Positions 27,801 to 42,800 of a DNA stretch of 64,000 bases are shown piece after piece. Position 1 is the first letter of the stretch. Each line of letters begins with the position of its first letter. The stretch comes from Auanema rhodensis. Lineage: Eukaryota > Animalia > Nematoda. The stretch covers positions 3,906,001 to 3,970,000 of the forward strand of contig OZ059895.1 in assembly GCA_964057225.1 (NCBI GenBank). The letters are read 5' to 3'. Below the pieces are notes generated by a model. The model worked only from the letters and a program-made list of their open reading frames with translations, did not search any database and was not told the DNA's origin. The position numbers and the translations under genes are program-made.

Positions 27801-30800
27801 AAATTAGTTATGATCGTTTGAAAAATGATGCATTAGTGTATGTTGAGTTTCCATGTACACTCAACATTGCTTCCAAAAACATTTTGACAAAAAGTTTTTC
27901 GAAAAATTTCAGAATAATTTAGCAAAAAGTAGATGTTTTCAGATTCCTTTTTTTATGGCAAAGATGATGGACAATGTTATTCAACGTAAAAATTAATTCT
28001 TCAGGGTGAAAATCGAGGATATAAGTGTGAACTTATATCAGTTGATATCTCGGTGCATTTATAAGCTAGCGCAAATCTGATAACACAGATCGACGCAGCT
28101 TAAAAATCCCCATCGAATGCACTATACTACATTGAAAAACGCCTAATACAAAAATTAGTTATGATCGTTTGAAAAATGATGCATTAGTGTATGTTGAGTT
28201 TCCATGTACACTCAACATTGCTTCCAAAAACATTTTGACAAAAAGTTTTTCGAAAAATTTCAGAATAATTTAGCAAAAAGTAGATGTTTTTAGATTCCTT
28301 TTTTCATGGCAAAGACGATGGACAATGTTATTCAACGAAAAAATTAATTCTTCAGGGTGAAAATCGAGGATATAAGTGTGAACTTATATCAGTTGATATC
28401 TCGGTGCATTTTTAAGCTAGCGCAAATCTGATAACACATATCGACGCAGCTTAAAAATCCGCATCGAATGCACCATACTTCATTGAGAAACGCTTAATAC
28501 AAAAAATAGTTATGATCGTTTGAAAAATGATGCATTAGTGTATGTTGAGTTTCCATGTACACTCAACATTGCTTCCAAAAACATTTTGACAAAAATTTTT
28601 TCAAAAAATTTCAGAATAATTTAGCAAAAAGTAGATGTTTTTAGAACCCTTTTTTCAAGGCAAAGACGATGGACAATGTTATTCAACGAAAAAATTAATT
28701 CTTCAGGGTGAAAATCGAGGATATAAGTGTGAAATTATATCAGTTGATATCTCGGTGCATTTTTAAGCTAGCGCAAATCTGATAACACATATCGACGCAG
28801 CTTAAAAATCCGCATCGAATGCACCATACTTCATTGAGAAACGCTTAATACAAAAAATAGTTATGATCGTTTGAAAAATGATGCATTAGTGTATGTTGAG
28901 TTTCCATGTACACTCAACATTGCTTCCAAAAACATTTTGACAAAAATTTTTTCAAAAAATTTCAGAATAATTTAGCAAAAAGTAGATGTTTTTAGAACCC
29001 TTTTTTCAAGGCAAAGACGATGGAAAATGTTATTCAACGAAAAAATTAATTCTTCAGGGTGAAAATCGAGGATATAAGTGTGAACTTATATCAGTTGATA
29101 TCTCGGTGCATTTTTAAGCTAGCGCAAATCTGATAACACATATCGACGCAGCTTAAAAATCCGCATCGAATGCACTACACTTCATTGAAAAACGCTTGAT
29201 ACAATAATTAGTTATGATCGTTTGAAAAATGATGCATTAGTGTATGTTGAGTTTCCATGTACACTCAACATTGCTTCCAAAAACATTTTGACAAAAATTT
29301 TTTCGAAAAATTTCAAAATAATTTAGCAAAAAGTAGATGTTTTTAGATTCCTTTTTTAAAGGCAAAGATGATGGACAATGTTATTCAACGAAAAAATTAA
29401 TTCTTCAGGGTGAAAATCGAGGATATAAGTGTGAACTTATATCAGTTGATATCTCGGTGCATTTTTAAGCTAGCGCAAATCTGATAACACAGATCGACGC
29501 CGCTTAAAAATCCGCATCGAATGCACTATACTACATTGAAAAACGCTTAATACAAAAATTAGTTATGATCGTTTGAAAAATGATGCATTAGTGTATGTTG
29601 AGTTTCCATGTACACTCAACATTGCTTCCAAAAACATTTTGACAAAAATTTTTTCGAAAAATTTCAAAATAATTTAGCAAAAAGTAGATGTTTTTAGATT
29701 CCTTTTTTAAAGGCAAAGATGATGGACAATGTTATTCAACGAAAAAATTAATTCTTCAGGGTGAAAATCGAGGATATAAGTGTGAACTTATATCAGTTGA
29801 TATCTCGGTGCATTTTTAAGCTAGCGCAAATCTGATAACACAGATCGACGCAGCTTAAAAATCCGCATCGAATGCACTATACTACATTGAAAAACGCTTA
29901 ATACAAAAATTAGTTATGATCGTTTGAAAAATGATGCATTAGTGTATGTTGAGTTTCCATGTACACTCAACATTGCTTCCAAAAACATTTTGACAAAAAT
30001 TTTTTCAAAAAATTTCAGAATAATTTAGCAAAAAGTAGATGTTTTTAGATTCCTTTTTTCAAGGCAAAGACGATGGAAAATGTTATTCAACGAAAAAATT
30101 AATTCTTCAGGGTGAAAATCGAGGATATAAGTGTGAACTTATATCAGTTGATATCTCGGTGCATTTTTAAGCTAGCGCAAATCTGATAACACAGATCGAC
30201 GCAGCTTAAAAATCCGCATCGAATGCACTATACTACATTGAAAAACGCTTAATACAAAAATTAGTTATGATCGTTTGAAAAATGATGCATTAGTGTATGT
30301 TGAGTTTCCATGTACACTCAACATTGCTTCCAAAAACATTTTGATAAAAATTTTTTCAAAAAATTTCAGAATAATTTAGCAAAAAGTAGATGTTTTTAGA
30401 TTCCTTTTTTAAAGGCAAAGATGATGGACAATGTTATTCAACGAAAAAATTAATTCTTCAGGGTGAAAATCGAGGATATAAGTGTGAACTTATATCAGTT
30501 GATATCTCGGTGCATTTTTAAGCTAGCGCAAATCTGATAACACAGATCGACGCCGCTTAAAAATCCGCATCGAATGCACTATACTACATTGAAAAACGCT
30601 TAATACAAAAATTAGTTATGATCGTTTGAAAAATGATGCATTAGTGTATGTTGAGTTTCCATGTACACTCAACATTGCTTCCAAAAACATTTTGACAAAA
30701 ATTTTTTCGAAAAATTTCAAAATAATTTAGCAAAAAGTAGATGTTTTTAGATTCCTTTTTTAAAGGCAAAGATGATGGACAATGTTATTCAACGAAAAAA

Positions 30801-33800
30801 TTAATTCTTCAGGGTGAAAATCGAGGATATAAGTGTGAACTTATATCAGTTGATATCTCGGTGCATTTTTAAGCTAGCGCAAATCTGATAACACAGATCG
30901 ACGCAGCTTAAAAATCCGCATCGAATGCACTATACTACATTGAAAAACGCTTAATACAAAAATTAGTTATGATCGTTTGAAAAATGATGCATTAGTGTAT
31001 GTTGAGTTTCCATGTACACTCAACATTGCTTCCAAAAACATTTTGACAAAAATTTTTTCGAAAAATTTCAGAATAATTTAGCAAAAAGTAGATGTTTTTA
31101 GATTCCTTTTTTCAAGGCAAAGACGATGGAAAATGTTATTCAACGAAAAAATTAATTCTTCAGGGTGAAAATCGAGGATATAAGTGTGAAATTATATCAG
31201 TTGATATCTCGGTGCATTTTTAAGCTAGCGCAAATCTGATAACACATATCGACGCAGCTTAAAAATCCGCATCGAATGCACTATACTTCATTGAGAAACG
31301 CTTAATACAAAAAATAGTTATGATCGTTTGAAAAATGATGCATTAGTGTATGTTGAGTTTCCATGTACACTCAACATTGCTTCCAAAAACATTTTGACAA
31401 AAATTTTTTCAAAAAATTTCAGAATAATTTAGCAAAAAGTAGATGTTTTTAGATTCCTTTTTTCAAGGCAAAGACGATGGAAAATGTTATTCAACGAAAA
31501 AATTAATTCTTCAGGGTGAAAATCGAGGATATAAGTGTGAAATTATATCAGTTGATATCTCGGTGCATTTTTAAGCTAGCGCAAATCTGATAACACATAT
31601 CGACGCAGCTTAAAAATCCGCATCGAATGCACTACACTTCATTGAAAAACGCTTGATACAATAATTAGTTATGATCGTTTGAAAAATGATGCATTAGTGT
31701 ATGTTGAGTTTCCATGTACACTCAACATTGCTTCCAAAAACATTTTGACAAAAATGTTTTCAAAAAATTTCAAAATAATTTAGCAAAAAGTAGATGTTTT
31801 TAGATTCCTTTTTTCATGGCAAAGACGATGGACAATGTTATTCAACGTAAAAATTAATTCTTCAGGGTGAAAATCGAGGATATAAGTGTGAACTTATATC
31901 AGTTGATATCTCGGTGCATTTTTAAGCTAGCGCAAATCTGATAACACAGATCGACGCCGCTTAAAAATCCGCATCGAATGCACTATACTACATTGAAAAA
32001 CGCTTAATACAAAAATTAGTTTAGATCGTTTGAAAAATGATGCATTAGTGTATGTTGAGTTTCCATGTACACTCAACATTGCTTCCAAAAACATTTTGAC
32101 AAAAATTTTTTCGAAAAATTTCAGAATAATTTAGCAAAAAGTAGATGTTTTTAGATTCCTTTTTTCAAGGCAAAGACGATGGAAAATGTTATTCAACGAA
32201 AAAATTAATTCTTCAGGGTTAAAATCGAGGATATAAGTGTGAAATTATATCAGTTGATATCTCGGTGCATTTTTAAGCTAGCGCAAATCTGATAACACAG
32301 ATCGACGCAGCTTAAAAATCCGCATCGAATGCACTATACTACATTGAGAAACGCTTAATACAAAAATTAGTTTAGATCGTTTGAAAAATGATGCATTAGT
32401 GAATGTTGAGTTTCCATGTACACTCAACATTGCTTCCAAAAACATTTTGACAAAAATTTTTTCGAAAAATTTCAGAATAATTTAGCAAAAAGTAGATGTT
32501 TTTAGATTCCTTTTTTCAAGGCAAAGACGATGGAAAATGTTATTCAACGAAAAAATTAATTCTTCAGGGTGAAAATCGAGGATATAAGTGTGAAATTATA
32601 TCAGTTGATATCTCGGTGCATTTTTAAGCTAGCGCAAATCTGATAACACAGATCGACGCAGCTTAAAAATCCGCATCGAATGCACTATACTACATTGAAA
32701 AACGCTTAATACAAAAATTAGTTTAGATCGTTTGAAAAATGATGCATTAGTGTATGTTGAGTTTCCATGTACACTCAACATTGCTTCCAAAAACATTTTG
32801 ACAAAAATTTTTTCGAAAAATTTCAGAATAATTTAGCAAAAAGTAGATGTTTTTAGATTCCTTTTTTCAAGGCAAAGACGATGGAAAATGTTATTCAACG
32901 AAAAAATTAATTCTTCAGGGTTAAAATCGAGGATATAAGTGTGAAATTATATCAGTTGATATCTCGGTGCATTTTTAAGCTAGCGCAAATCTGATAACAC
33001 AGATCGACGCAGCTTAAAAATCCGCATCGAATGCACTATACTACATTGAGAAACGCTTAATACAAAAATTAGTTTAGATCGTTTGAAAAATGATGCATTA
33101 GTGAATGTTGAGTTTCCATGTACACTCAACATTGCTTCCAAAAACATTTTGACAAAAATTTTTTCGAAAAATTTCAGAATAATTTAGCAAAAAGTAGATG
33201 TTTTTAGATTCCTTTTTTCAAGGCAAAGACGATGGAAAATGTTATTCAACGAAAAAATTAATTCTTCAGGGTGAAAATCGAGGATATAAGTGTGAAATTA
33301 TATCAGTTGATATCTCGGTGCATTTTTAAGCTAGCGCAAATCTGATAACACAGATCGACGCAGCTTAAAAATCCGCATCGAATGCACTATACTACATTGA
33401 GAAACGCTTAATACAAAAATTAGTTTAGATCGTTTGAAAAATGATGCATTAGTGTATGTTGAGTTTCCATGTACACTCAACATTGCTTCCAAAAACATTT
33501 TGACAAAAATTTTTTCGAAAAATTTCAGAATAATTTAGCAAAAAGTAGATGTTTTTAGATTCCTTTTTTCAAGGCAAAGACGATGGAAAATGTTATTCAA
33601 CGAAAAAATTAATTCTTCAGGGTGAAAATCGAGGATATAAGTGTGAAATTATATCAGTTGATATCTCGGTGCATTTTTAAGCTAGCGCAAATCTGATAAC
33701 ACAGATCGACGCAGCTTAAAAATCCGCATCGAATGCACTATACTACATTGAGAAACGCTTAATACAAAAATTAGTTTAGATCGTTTGAAAAATGATGCAT

Positions 33801-36800
33801 TAGTGTATGTTGAGTTTCCATGTACACTCAACATTGCTTCCAAAAACATTTTGACAAAAATTTTTTCGAAAAATTTCAGAATAATTTAGCAAAAAGTAGA
33901 TGTTTTTAGATTCCTTTTTTCAAGGCAAAGACGATGGAAAATGTTATTCAACGAAAAAATTAATTCTTCAGGGTGAAAATCGAGGATATAAGTGTGAAAT
34001 TATATCAGTTGATATCTCGGTGCATTTTTAAGCTAGCGCAAATCTGATAACACAGATCGACGCAGCTTAAAAATCCGCATCGAATGCACTATACTACATT
34101 GAGAAACGCTTAATACAAAAATTAGTTTAGATCGTTTGAAAAATGATGCATTAGTGTATGTTGAGTTTCCATGTACACTCAACATTGCTTCCAAAAACAT
34201 TTTGACAAAAATTTTTTCGAAAAATTTCAGAATAATTTAGCAAAAAGTAGATGTTTTTAGATTCCTTTTTTCAAGGCAAAGACGATGGAAAATGTTATTC
34301 AACGAAAAAATTAATTCTTCAGGGTGAAAATCGAGGATATAAGTGTGAAATTATATCAGTTGATATCTCGGTGCATTTTTAAGCTAGCGCAAATCTGATA
34401 ACACAGATCGACGCAGCTTAAAAATCCGCATCGAATGCACTATACTTCATTGAAAAACGCTTGATACAATAATTAGTTATGATCGTTTGAAAAATGATGC
34501 ATTAGTGTATGTTGAGTTTCCATGTACACTCAACATTGCTTCCAAAAACATTTTGACAAAAATGTTTTCAAAAAATTTCAAAATAATTTAGCAAAAAGTA
34601 GATGTTTTTAGATTCCTTTTTTCAAGGCAAAGACGATGAACAATATTATTCAACGAAAAAATTAATTCTTCAGGGTGAAAATCGAGGATATAAGTGTGAA
34701 CTTATATCAGTTGATATCTCGGTGCATTTTTAAGCTAGCGCAAATCTGATAACACAGATCGACGCAGCTTAAAAATCCGCATCGAATGCAATATACTACA
34801 TTGAAAAACGCTTAATACAAAAATTAGTTATAATCGTTTGAAAAATGATGCATTAGTGTATGTTGAGTTTCCATGTACACTCAACATTGCTTCCAAAAAC
34901 ATTTTGACAAAAATTTTTTCAAAAAATTTCAAAATAATTTAGCAAAAAGTAGATGTTTTTAGATTCCTTTTTTCAAGGCAAAGACGATGAACAATGTTAT
35001 TCAACGAAAAAATTAATTCTTCAGGGTGAAAATCGAGGATATAAGTGTGAACTTATATCAGTTGATATCTCGGTGCATTTTTAAGCTAGCGCAAATCTGA
35101 TAACACAGATCGACGCCGCTTAAAAATCCGCATCGAATGCACTATACTACATTGAAAAACGCTTAATACAAAAATTAGTTATGATCGTTTGAAAAATGAT
35201 GCATTAGTGTATGTTGAGTTTCCATGTACACTCAACATTGCTTCCAAAAACATTTTGACAAAAATTTTTTCGAAAAATTTCAGAATAATTTAGCAAAAAG
35301 TAGATGTTTTTAGATTCCTTTTTTAAAGGCAAAGATGATGGACAATGTTATTCAACGAAAAAATTAATTCTTCAGGGTGAAAATCGAGGATATAAGTGTG
35401 AACTTATATCAGTTGATATCTCGGTGCATTTTTAAGCTAGCGCAAATCTGATAACACAGATCGACGCCGCTTAAAAATCCGCATCGAATGCACTATACTA
35501 CATTGAAAAACGCTTAATACAAAAATTAGTTATGATCATTTGAAAAATGATGCATTAGTGTATGTTGAGTTTCCATGTACACTCAACATTGCTTCCAAAA
35601 ACATTTTGACAAAAATTTTTTCGAAAAATTTCAAAATAATTTAGCAAAAAGTAGATGTTTTTAGATTCCTTTTTTAAAGGCAAAGATGATGGACAATGTT
35701 ATTCAACGAAAAAATTAATTCTTCAGGGTGAAAATCGAGGATATAAGTGTGAACTTATATCAGTTGATATCTCGGTGCATTTTTAAGCTAGCGCAAATCT
35801 GATAACACAGATCGACGCAGCTTAAAAATCCGCATCGAATGCACTATACTACATTGAAAAACGCTTAATACAAAAGTTAGTTATGATCGTTTGAAAAATG
35901 ATGCATTAGTGTATGTTGAGTTTCCATGTACACTCAACATTGCTTCCAAAAACATTTTGACAAAAATTTTTTCAAAAAATTTCAGAATAATTTAGCAAAA
36001 AGTAGATGTTTTTAGATTCCTTTTTTCAAGGCAAAGACGATGGAAAATGTTATTCAACGAAAAAATTAATTCTTCAGGGTGAAAATCGAGGATATAAGTG
36101 TGAAATTATATCAGTTGATATCTCGGTGCATTTTTAAGCTAGCGCAAATCTGATAACACATATCGACGCAGCTTAAAAATCCGCATCGAATGCACTATAC
36201 TTCATTGAGAAACGCTTAATACAAAAAATAGTTATGATCGTTTGAAAAATGATGCATTAGTGTATGTTGAGTTTCCATGTACACTCAACATTGCTTCCAA
36301 AAACATTTTGACAAAAATTTTTTCAAAAAATTTCAGAATAATTTAGCAAAAAGTAGATGTTTTTAGATTCCTTTTTTCAAGGCAAAGACGATGGAAAATG
36401 TTATTCAACGAAAAAATTAATTCTTCAGGGTGAAAATCGAGGATATAAGTGTGAAATTATATCAGTTGATATCTCGGTGCATTTTTAAGCTAGCGCAAAT
36501 CTGATAACACAGATCGACGCAGCTTAAAAATCCGCATCGAAAGCACTATACTACATTGAAAAACGCTTAATACAAAAATTAGTTATGATCGTTTGAAAAA
36601 TGATGCATTAGTGTATGTTGAGTTTCCATGTACACTCAACATTGCTTCCAAAAACATTTTGACAAAAATTTTTTCAAAAAATTTCAGAATAATTTAGCAA
36701 AACGTAGATGTTTTTAGATTCATTTTTTTAAGGCAAAGACGATGGACAATGTTATTCAACGAAAAAATTAATTCTTCAGGGTGAAAATCGAGGATATAAG

Positions 36801-39800
36801 TGTGAACTTATATCAGTTGATATCTCGGTGCATTTTCAAGCTAGCGCAAATCTGATAACACAGATCGACGCAGCTTAAAAATCCGCATCGAATGCACTAT
36901 ACTTCATTGAGAAACGCTTAATACAAAAATTAGTTATGATCGTTTGAAAAATGATGCATTAGTGTATGTTGAGTTTCCATGTACACTCAACATTGCTTCC
37001 AAAAATATTTTGACAAAAATTTTTTCGAAAAATTTCAAAATAATTTAGCAAAAAGTAGATGTTTTTAGATTTCTTTTTTCAAGGCAAAGACGATGGACAA
37101 TGTTATTCAACGAAAAAATTAATTCTTCAGCATGAAAATCGAGGATATAAGTGTGAACTTATATCAGTTGATATCTCGGTGCATTTTTAAGCTAGCGCAA
37201 ATCTGATAACACAGATCGACGCAGCTTAAAAATCCGGATCGAATGCACTATACTTCATAGAGAAACGCTTAATACAAAACTTAGTTATGATCGTTTGAAA
37301 AATGATGCATTAGTGTATGTTGAGTTTCCATGTACACTCAACATTGCTTCCAAAAACATTTTGACAAAAATGTTTTCGAAAAATTTCAAAATAATTTAGC
37401 AAAAAGTAGATGTTTTTAGATTCCTTTTTTAAAGGCAAAGATGATGGACAATGTTATTCAACAAAAAAATTAATTCTTCAGGGTGAAAATCGAGGATATA
37501 AGTGTGAACTTATATCAGTTGATATCTCGGTGCATTTTTAAGCTAGCGCAAATCTGATAACACAGATCGACGCAGCTTAAAAATCCGCATCGAATGCACT
37601 ATACTTCATTGAAAAACGCTTAATACAAAACTTAGTTATGATCGTTTGAAAAATGATGTATTAGTGTATGTTGAGTTTCCATGTACACTCAACATTGCTT
37701 CCAAAAATATTTTGACAAAAATTTTTTCGAAAAATTTCAAAATAATTTAGCAAAACGTAGATGTTTTTAGATTTCTTTTTTCAAGGCAAAGACGATGGAC
37801 AATGTTATTCAACGAAAAAATTAATTCTTCAGGGTGAAAATCGAGGATATAAGTGTGAACTTATATCAGTTGATATCTCGGTGCATTTTCAAGCTAGCGC
37901 AAATCTGATAACACAGATCGACGCAGCTTAAAAATCCGCATCGAAAGCACTATACTACATTGAAAAACGCTTAATACAAAAATTAGTTATGATCGTTTGA
38001 AAAATGATGCATTAGTGTATGTTGAGTTTCCATGTACACTCAACATTGCTTCCAAAAACATTTTGACAAAAATTTTTTCAAAAAATTTCAGAATAATTTA
38101 GCAAAACGTAGATGTTTTTAGATTCATTTTTTTAAGGCAAAGACGATGGACAATGTTATTCAACGAAAAAATTAATTCTTCAGGGTGAAAATCGAGGATA
38201 TAAGTGTGAACTTATATCAGTTGATATCTCGGTGCATTTTCAAGCTAGCGCAAATCTGATAACACAGATCGACGCAGCTTAAAAATCCGCATCGAATGCA
38301 CTATACTTCATTGAGAAACGCTTAATACAAAAATTAGTTATGATCGTTTGAAAAATGATGCATTAGTGTATGTTGAGTTTCCATGTACACTCAACATTGC
38401 TTCCAAAAATATTTTGACAAAAATTTTTTCGAAAAATTTCAAAATAATTTAGCAAAAAGTAGATGTTTTTAGATTTCTTTTTTCAAGGCAAAGACGATGG
38501 ACAATGTTATTCAACGAAAAAATTAATTCTTCAGCATGAAAATCGAGGATATAAGTGTGAACTTATATCAGTTGATATCTCGGTGCATTTTTAAGCTAGC
38601 GCAAATCTGATAACACAGATCGACGCAGCTTAAAAATCCGGATCGAATGCACTATACTTCATAGAGAAACGCTTAATACAAAACTTAGTTATGATCGTTT
38701 GAAAAATGATGCATTAGTGTATGTTGAGTTTCCATGTACACTCAACATTGCTTCCAAAAACATTTTGACAAAAATGTTTTCGAAAAATTTCAAAATAATT
38801 TAGCAAAAAGTAGATGTTTTTAGATTCCTTTTTTAAAGGCAAAGATGATGGACAATGTTATTCAACAAAAAAATTAATTCTTCAGGGTGAAAATCGAGGA
38901 TATAAGTGTGAACTTATATCAGTTGATATCTCGGTGCATTTTTAAGCTAGCGCAAATCTGATAACACAGATCGACGCAGCTTACAAATCCGCATCGAATG
39001 CACTATACTTCATTGAAAAACGCTTAATACAAAAATTAGTTATGATTGTTTGAAAAATGATGCATTAGTGTATGTTGAGTTTCCATGTACACTCAACATT
39101 GCTTCCAAAAACATTTTGACAAAAATTTTTTCAAAAAATTTCAGAATAATTTAGCGAAAAGTAGATGTTTTTAGATTCATTTTTTTAAGGCAAAGACGAT
39201 GGACAATGTTTTTCAACGAAAAAATTGATTCTTCAGGGTGAAAATCGAGGATATAAGTGTGAACTTATATCAGTTGATATCTCGGTGCATTTTTAAGCTA
39301 GCGCAAATCTGATAACACAGATCGACGCAGCTTACAAATCCGCATCGAATGCACTATACTACATTGAGAAACGCTTAATACAAAAATTAGTTATGATTGT
39401 TTGAAAAATGATGCATTAGTGTATGTTGAGTTTCCATGTACACTCAACATTGCTTCCAAAAACATTTTGACAAAAATTTTTTCAAAAAATTTCAGAATAA
39501 TTTAGCAAAAAGTAGATGTTTTTAGATTCATTTTTTTAAGGCAAAGACGATGGACAATGTTATTCAACGAAAAAATTAATTCTTCAGGGTGAAAATCGAG
39601 GATATAAGTGTGAACTTATATCAGTTGATATCTCGGTGCATTTTCAAGCTAGCGCAAATCTGATAACACAGATCGACGCAGCTTAAAAATCCGCATCGAA
39701 TGCACTATACTTCATTGAGAAACGCTTAATACAAAAATTAGTTATGATCGTTTGAAAAATGATGCATTAGTGTATGTTGAGTTTCCATGTACACTCAACA

Positions 39801-42800
39801 TTGCTTCCAAAAATATTTTGACAAAAATTTTTTCGAAAAATTTCAAAATAGTTTAGCAAAAAGTAGATGTTTTTAGATTTCTTTTTTCAAGGCAAAGACG
39901 ATGGACAATGTTATTCAACGAAAAAATTAATTCTTCAGCATGAAAATCGAGGATATAAGTGTGAACTTATATCAGTTGATATCTCGGTGCATTTTTAAGC
40001 TAGCGCAAATCTGATAACACAGATCGACGCAGCTTAAAAATCCGGATCGAATGCACTATACTTCATAGAGAAACGCTTAATACAAAACTTAGTTATGATC
40101 GTTTGAAAAATGATGCATTAGTGTATGTTGAGTTTCCATGTACACTCAACATTGCTTCCAAAAACATTTTGACAAAAATGTTTTCGAAAAATTTCAAAAT
40201 AATTTAGCAAAAAGTAGATGTTTTTAGATTCCTTTTTTAAAGGCAAAGATGATGGACAATGTTATTCAACAAAAAAATTAATTCTTCAGGGTGAAAATCG
40301 AGGATATAAGTGTGAACTTATATCAGTTGATATCTCGGTGCATTTTTAAGCTAGCGCAAATCTGATAACACAGATCGACGCAGCTTACAAATCCGCATCG
40401 AATGCACTATACTTCATTGAAAAACGCTTAATACAAAAATTAGTTATGATTGTTTGAAAAATGATGCATTAGTGTATGTTGAGTTTCCATGTACACTCAA
40501 CATTGCTTCCAAAAACATTTTGACAAAAATTTTTTCAAAAAATTTCAGAATAATTTAGCAAAAAGTAGATGTTTTTAGATTCATTTTTTTAAGGCAAAGA
40601 CGATGGACAATGTTATTCAACAAAAAAATTAATTCTTCAGGGTGAAAATCGAGGATATAAGTGTGAACTTATATCAGTTGATATCTCGGTGCATTTTCAA
40701 GCTAGCGCAAATCTGATAACACAGATCGACGCAGCTTAAAAATCCGCATCGAATGCACTATACTTCATTGAGAAACGCTCAATACAAAACTTAGTTATGA
40801 TCGTTTGAAAAATGATGCATTAGTGTATGTTGAGTTTCCATGTACACTCAACATTGCTTCCAAAAACATTTTGACAAAAATTTTTTCGAAAAATTTCAAA
40901 ATAATTTAGCAAAAAGTAGATGTTTTTAGATTCCTTTTTTGAAGGCAAAGATGATGGACAATGTTATTCAACGAAAAAATTAATTCTTCAGGGTGAAAAT
41001 CGAGGATATAAGTGTGAACTTATATCAGTTGATATCTCGGTGCATTTTTAAGCTAGCGCAAATCTGATAACACAGATCGACGCAGCTTACAAATCCGCAT
41101 CGAATGCACAATACTTCATTGAGAAACGCTTAATACAAAAATTAGTTATGATTGTTTGAAAAATGATGCATTAGTGTATGTTGAGTTTCCATGTACACTC
41201 AACATTGCTTCCAAAAACATTTTGACAAAAATTTTTTCAAAAAATTTCAGAATAATTTAGCAAAAAGTAGATGTTTTTAGATTCATTTTTTTAAGGCAAA
41301 GACGATGGACAATGTTTTTCAACGAAAAAATTGATTCTTCAGGGTGAAAATCGAGGATATAAGTGTGAACTTATATCAGTTGATATCTCGGTGCATTTTT
41401 AAGCTAGCGCAAATCTGATAACACAGATCGACGCAGCTTACAAATCCGCATCGAATGCACTATACTTCATTGAGAAACGCTTAATACAAAAATTAGTTAT
41501 GATTGTTTGAAAAATGATGCATTAGTGTATGTTGAGTTTCCATGTACACTCAACATTGCTTCCAAAAACATTTTGACAAAAATTTTTTCAAAAAATTTCA
41601 GAATAATTTAGCAAAAAGTAGATGTTTTTAGATTCATTTTTTTAAGGCAAAGACGATGGACAATGTTATTCAACGAAAAAATTAATTCTTCAGGGTGAAA
41701 ATCGAGGATATAAGTGTGAACTTATATCAGTTGATATCTCGGTGCATTTTCAAGCTAGCGCAAATCTGATAACACAGATCGACGCAGCTTAAAAATCCGC
41801 ATCAAATGCACTATACTTCATTGAGAAACGCTTAATACAAAAATTAGTTATGATCGTTTGAAAAATGATGCATTAGTGTATGTTGAGTTTCCATGTACAC
41901 TCAACATTGCTTCCAAAAATATTTTGACAAAAATTTTTTCGAAAAATTTCAAAATAATTTAGCAAAAAGTAGATGTTTTTAGATTTCTTTTTTCAAGGCA
42001 AAGACGATGGACAATGTTATTCAACGAAAAAATTAATTCTTCAGCATGAAAATCGAGGATATAAGTGTGAACTTATATCAGTTGATATCTCGGTGCATTT
42101 TTAAGCTAGCGCAAATCTGATAACACAGATCGACGCAGCTTAAAAATCCGGATCGAATGCACTATACTTCATAGAGAAACGCTTAATACAAAACTTAGTT
42201 ATGATCGTTTGAAAAATGATGCATTAGTGTATGTTGAGTTTCCATGTACACTCAACATTGCTTCCAAAAACATTTTGACAAAAATGTTTTCGAAAAATTT
42301 CAAAATAATTTAGCAAAAAGTAGATGTTTTTAGATTCCTTTTTTAAAGGCAAAGATGATGGACAATGTTATTCAACAAAAAAATTAATTCTTCAGGGTGA
42401 AAATCGAGGATATAAGTGTGAACTTATATCAGTTGATATCTCGGTGCATTTTTAAGCTAGCGCAAATCTAATAACACAGATCGACGCAGCTTACAAATCC
42501 GCATCGAATGCACTATACTTCATTGAAAAACGCTTAATACAAAAATTAGTTATGATTGTTTGAAAAATGATGCATTAGTGTATGTTGAGTTTCCATGTAC
42601 ACTCAACATTGCTTCCAAAAACATTTTGACAAAAATTTTTTCAAAAAATTTCAGAATAATTTAGCAAAAAGTAGATGTTTTTAGATTCATTTTTTTAAGG
42701 CAAAGACGATGGACAATGTTATTCAACGAAAAAATTAATTCTTCAGGGTGAAAATCGAGGATATAAGTGTGAACTTATATCAGTTGATATCTCGGTGCAT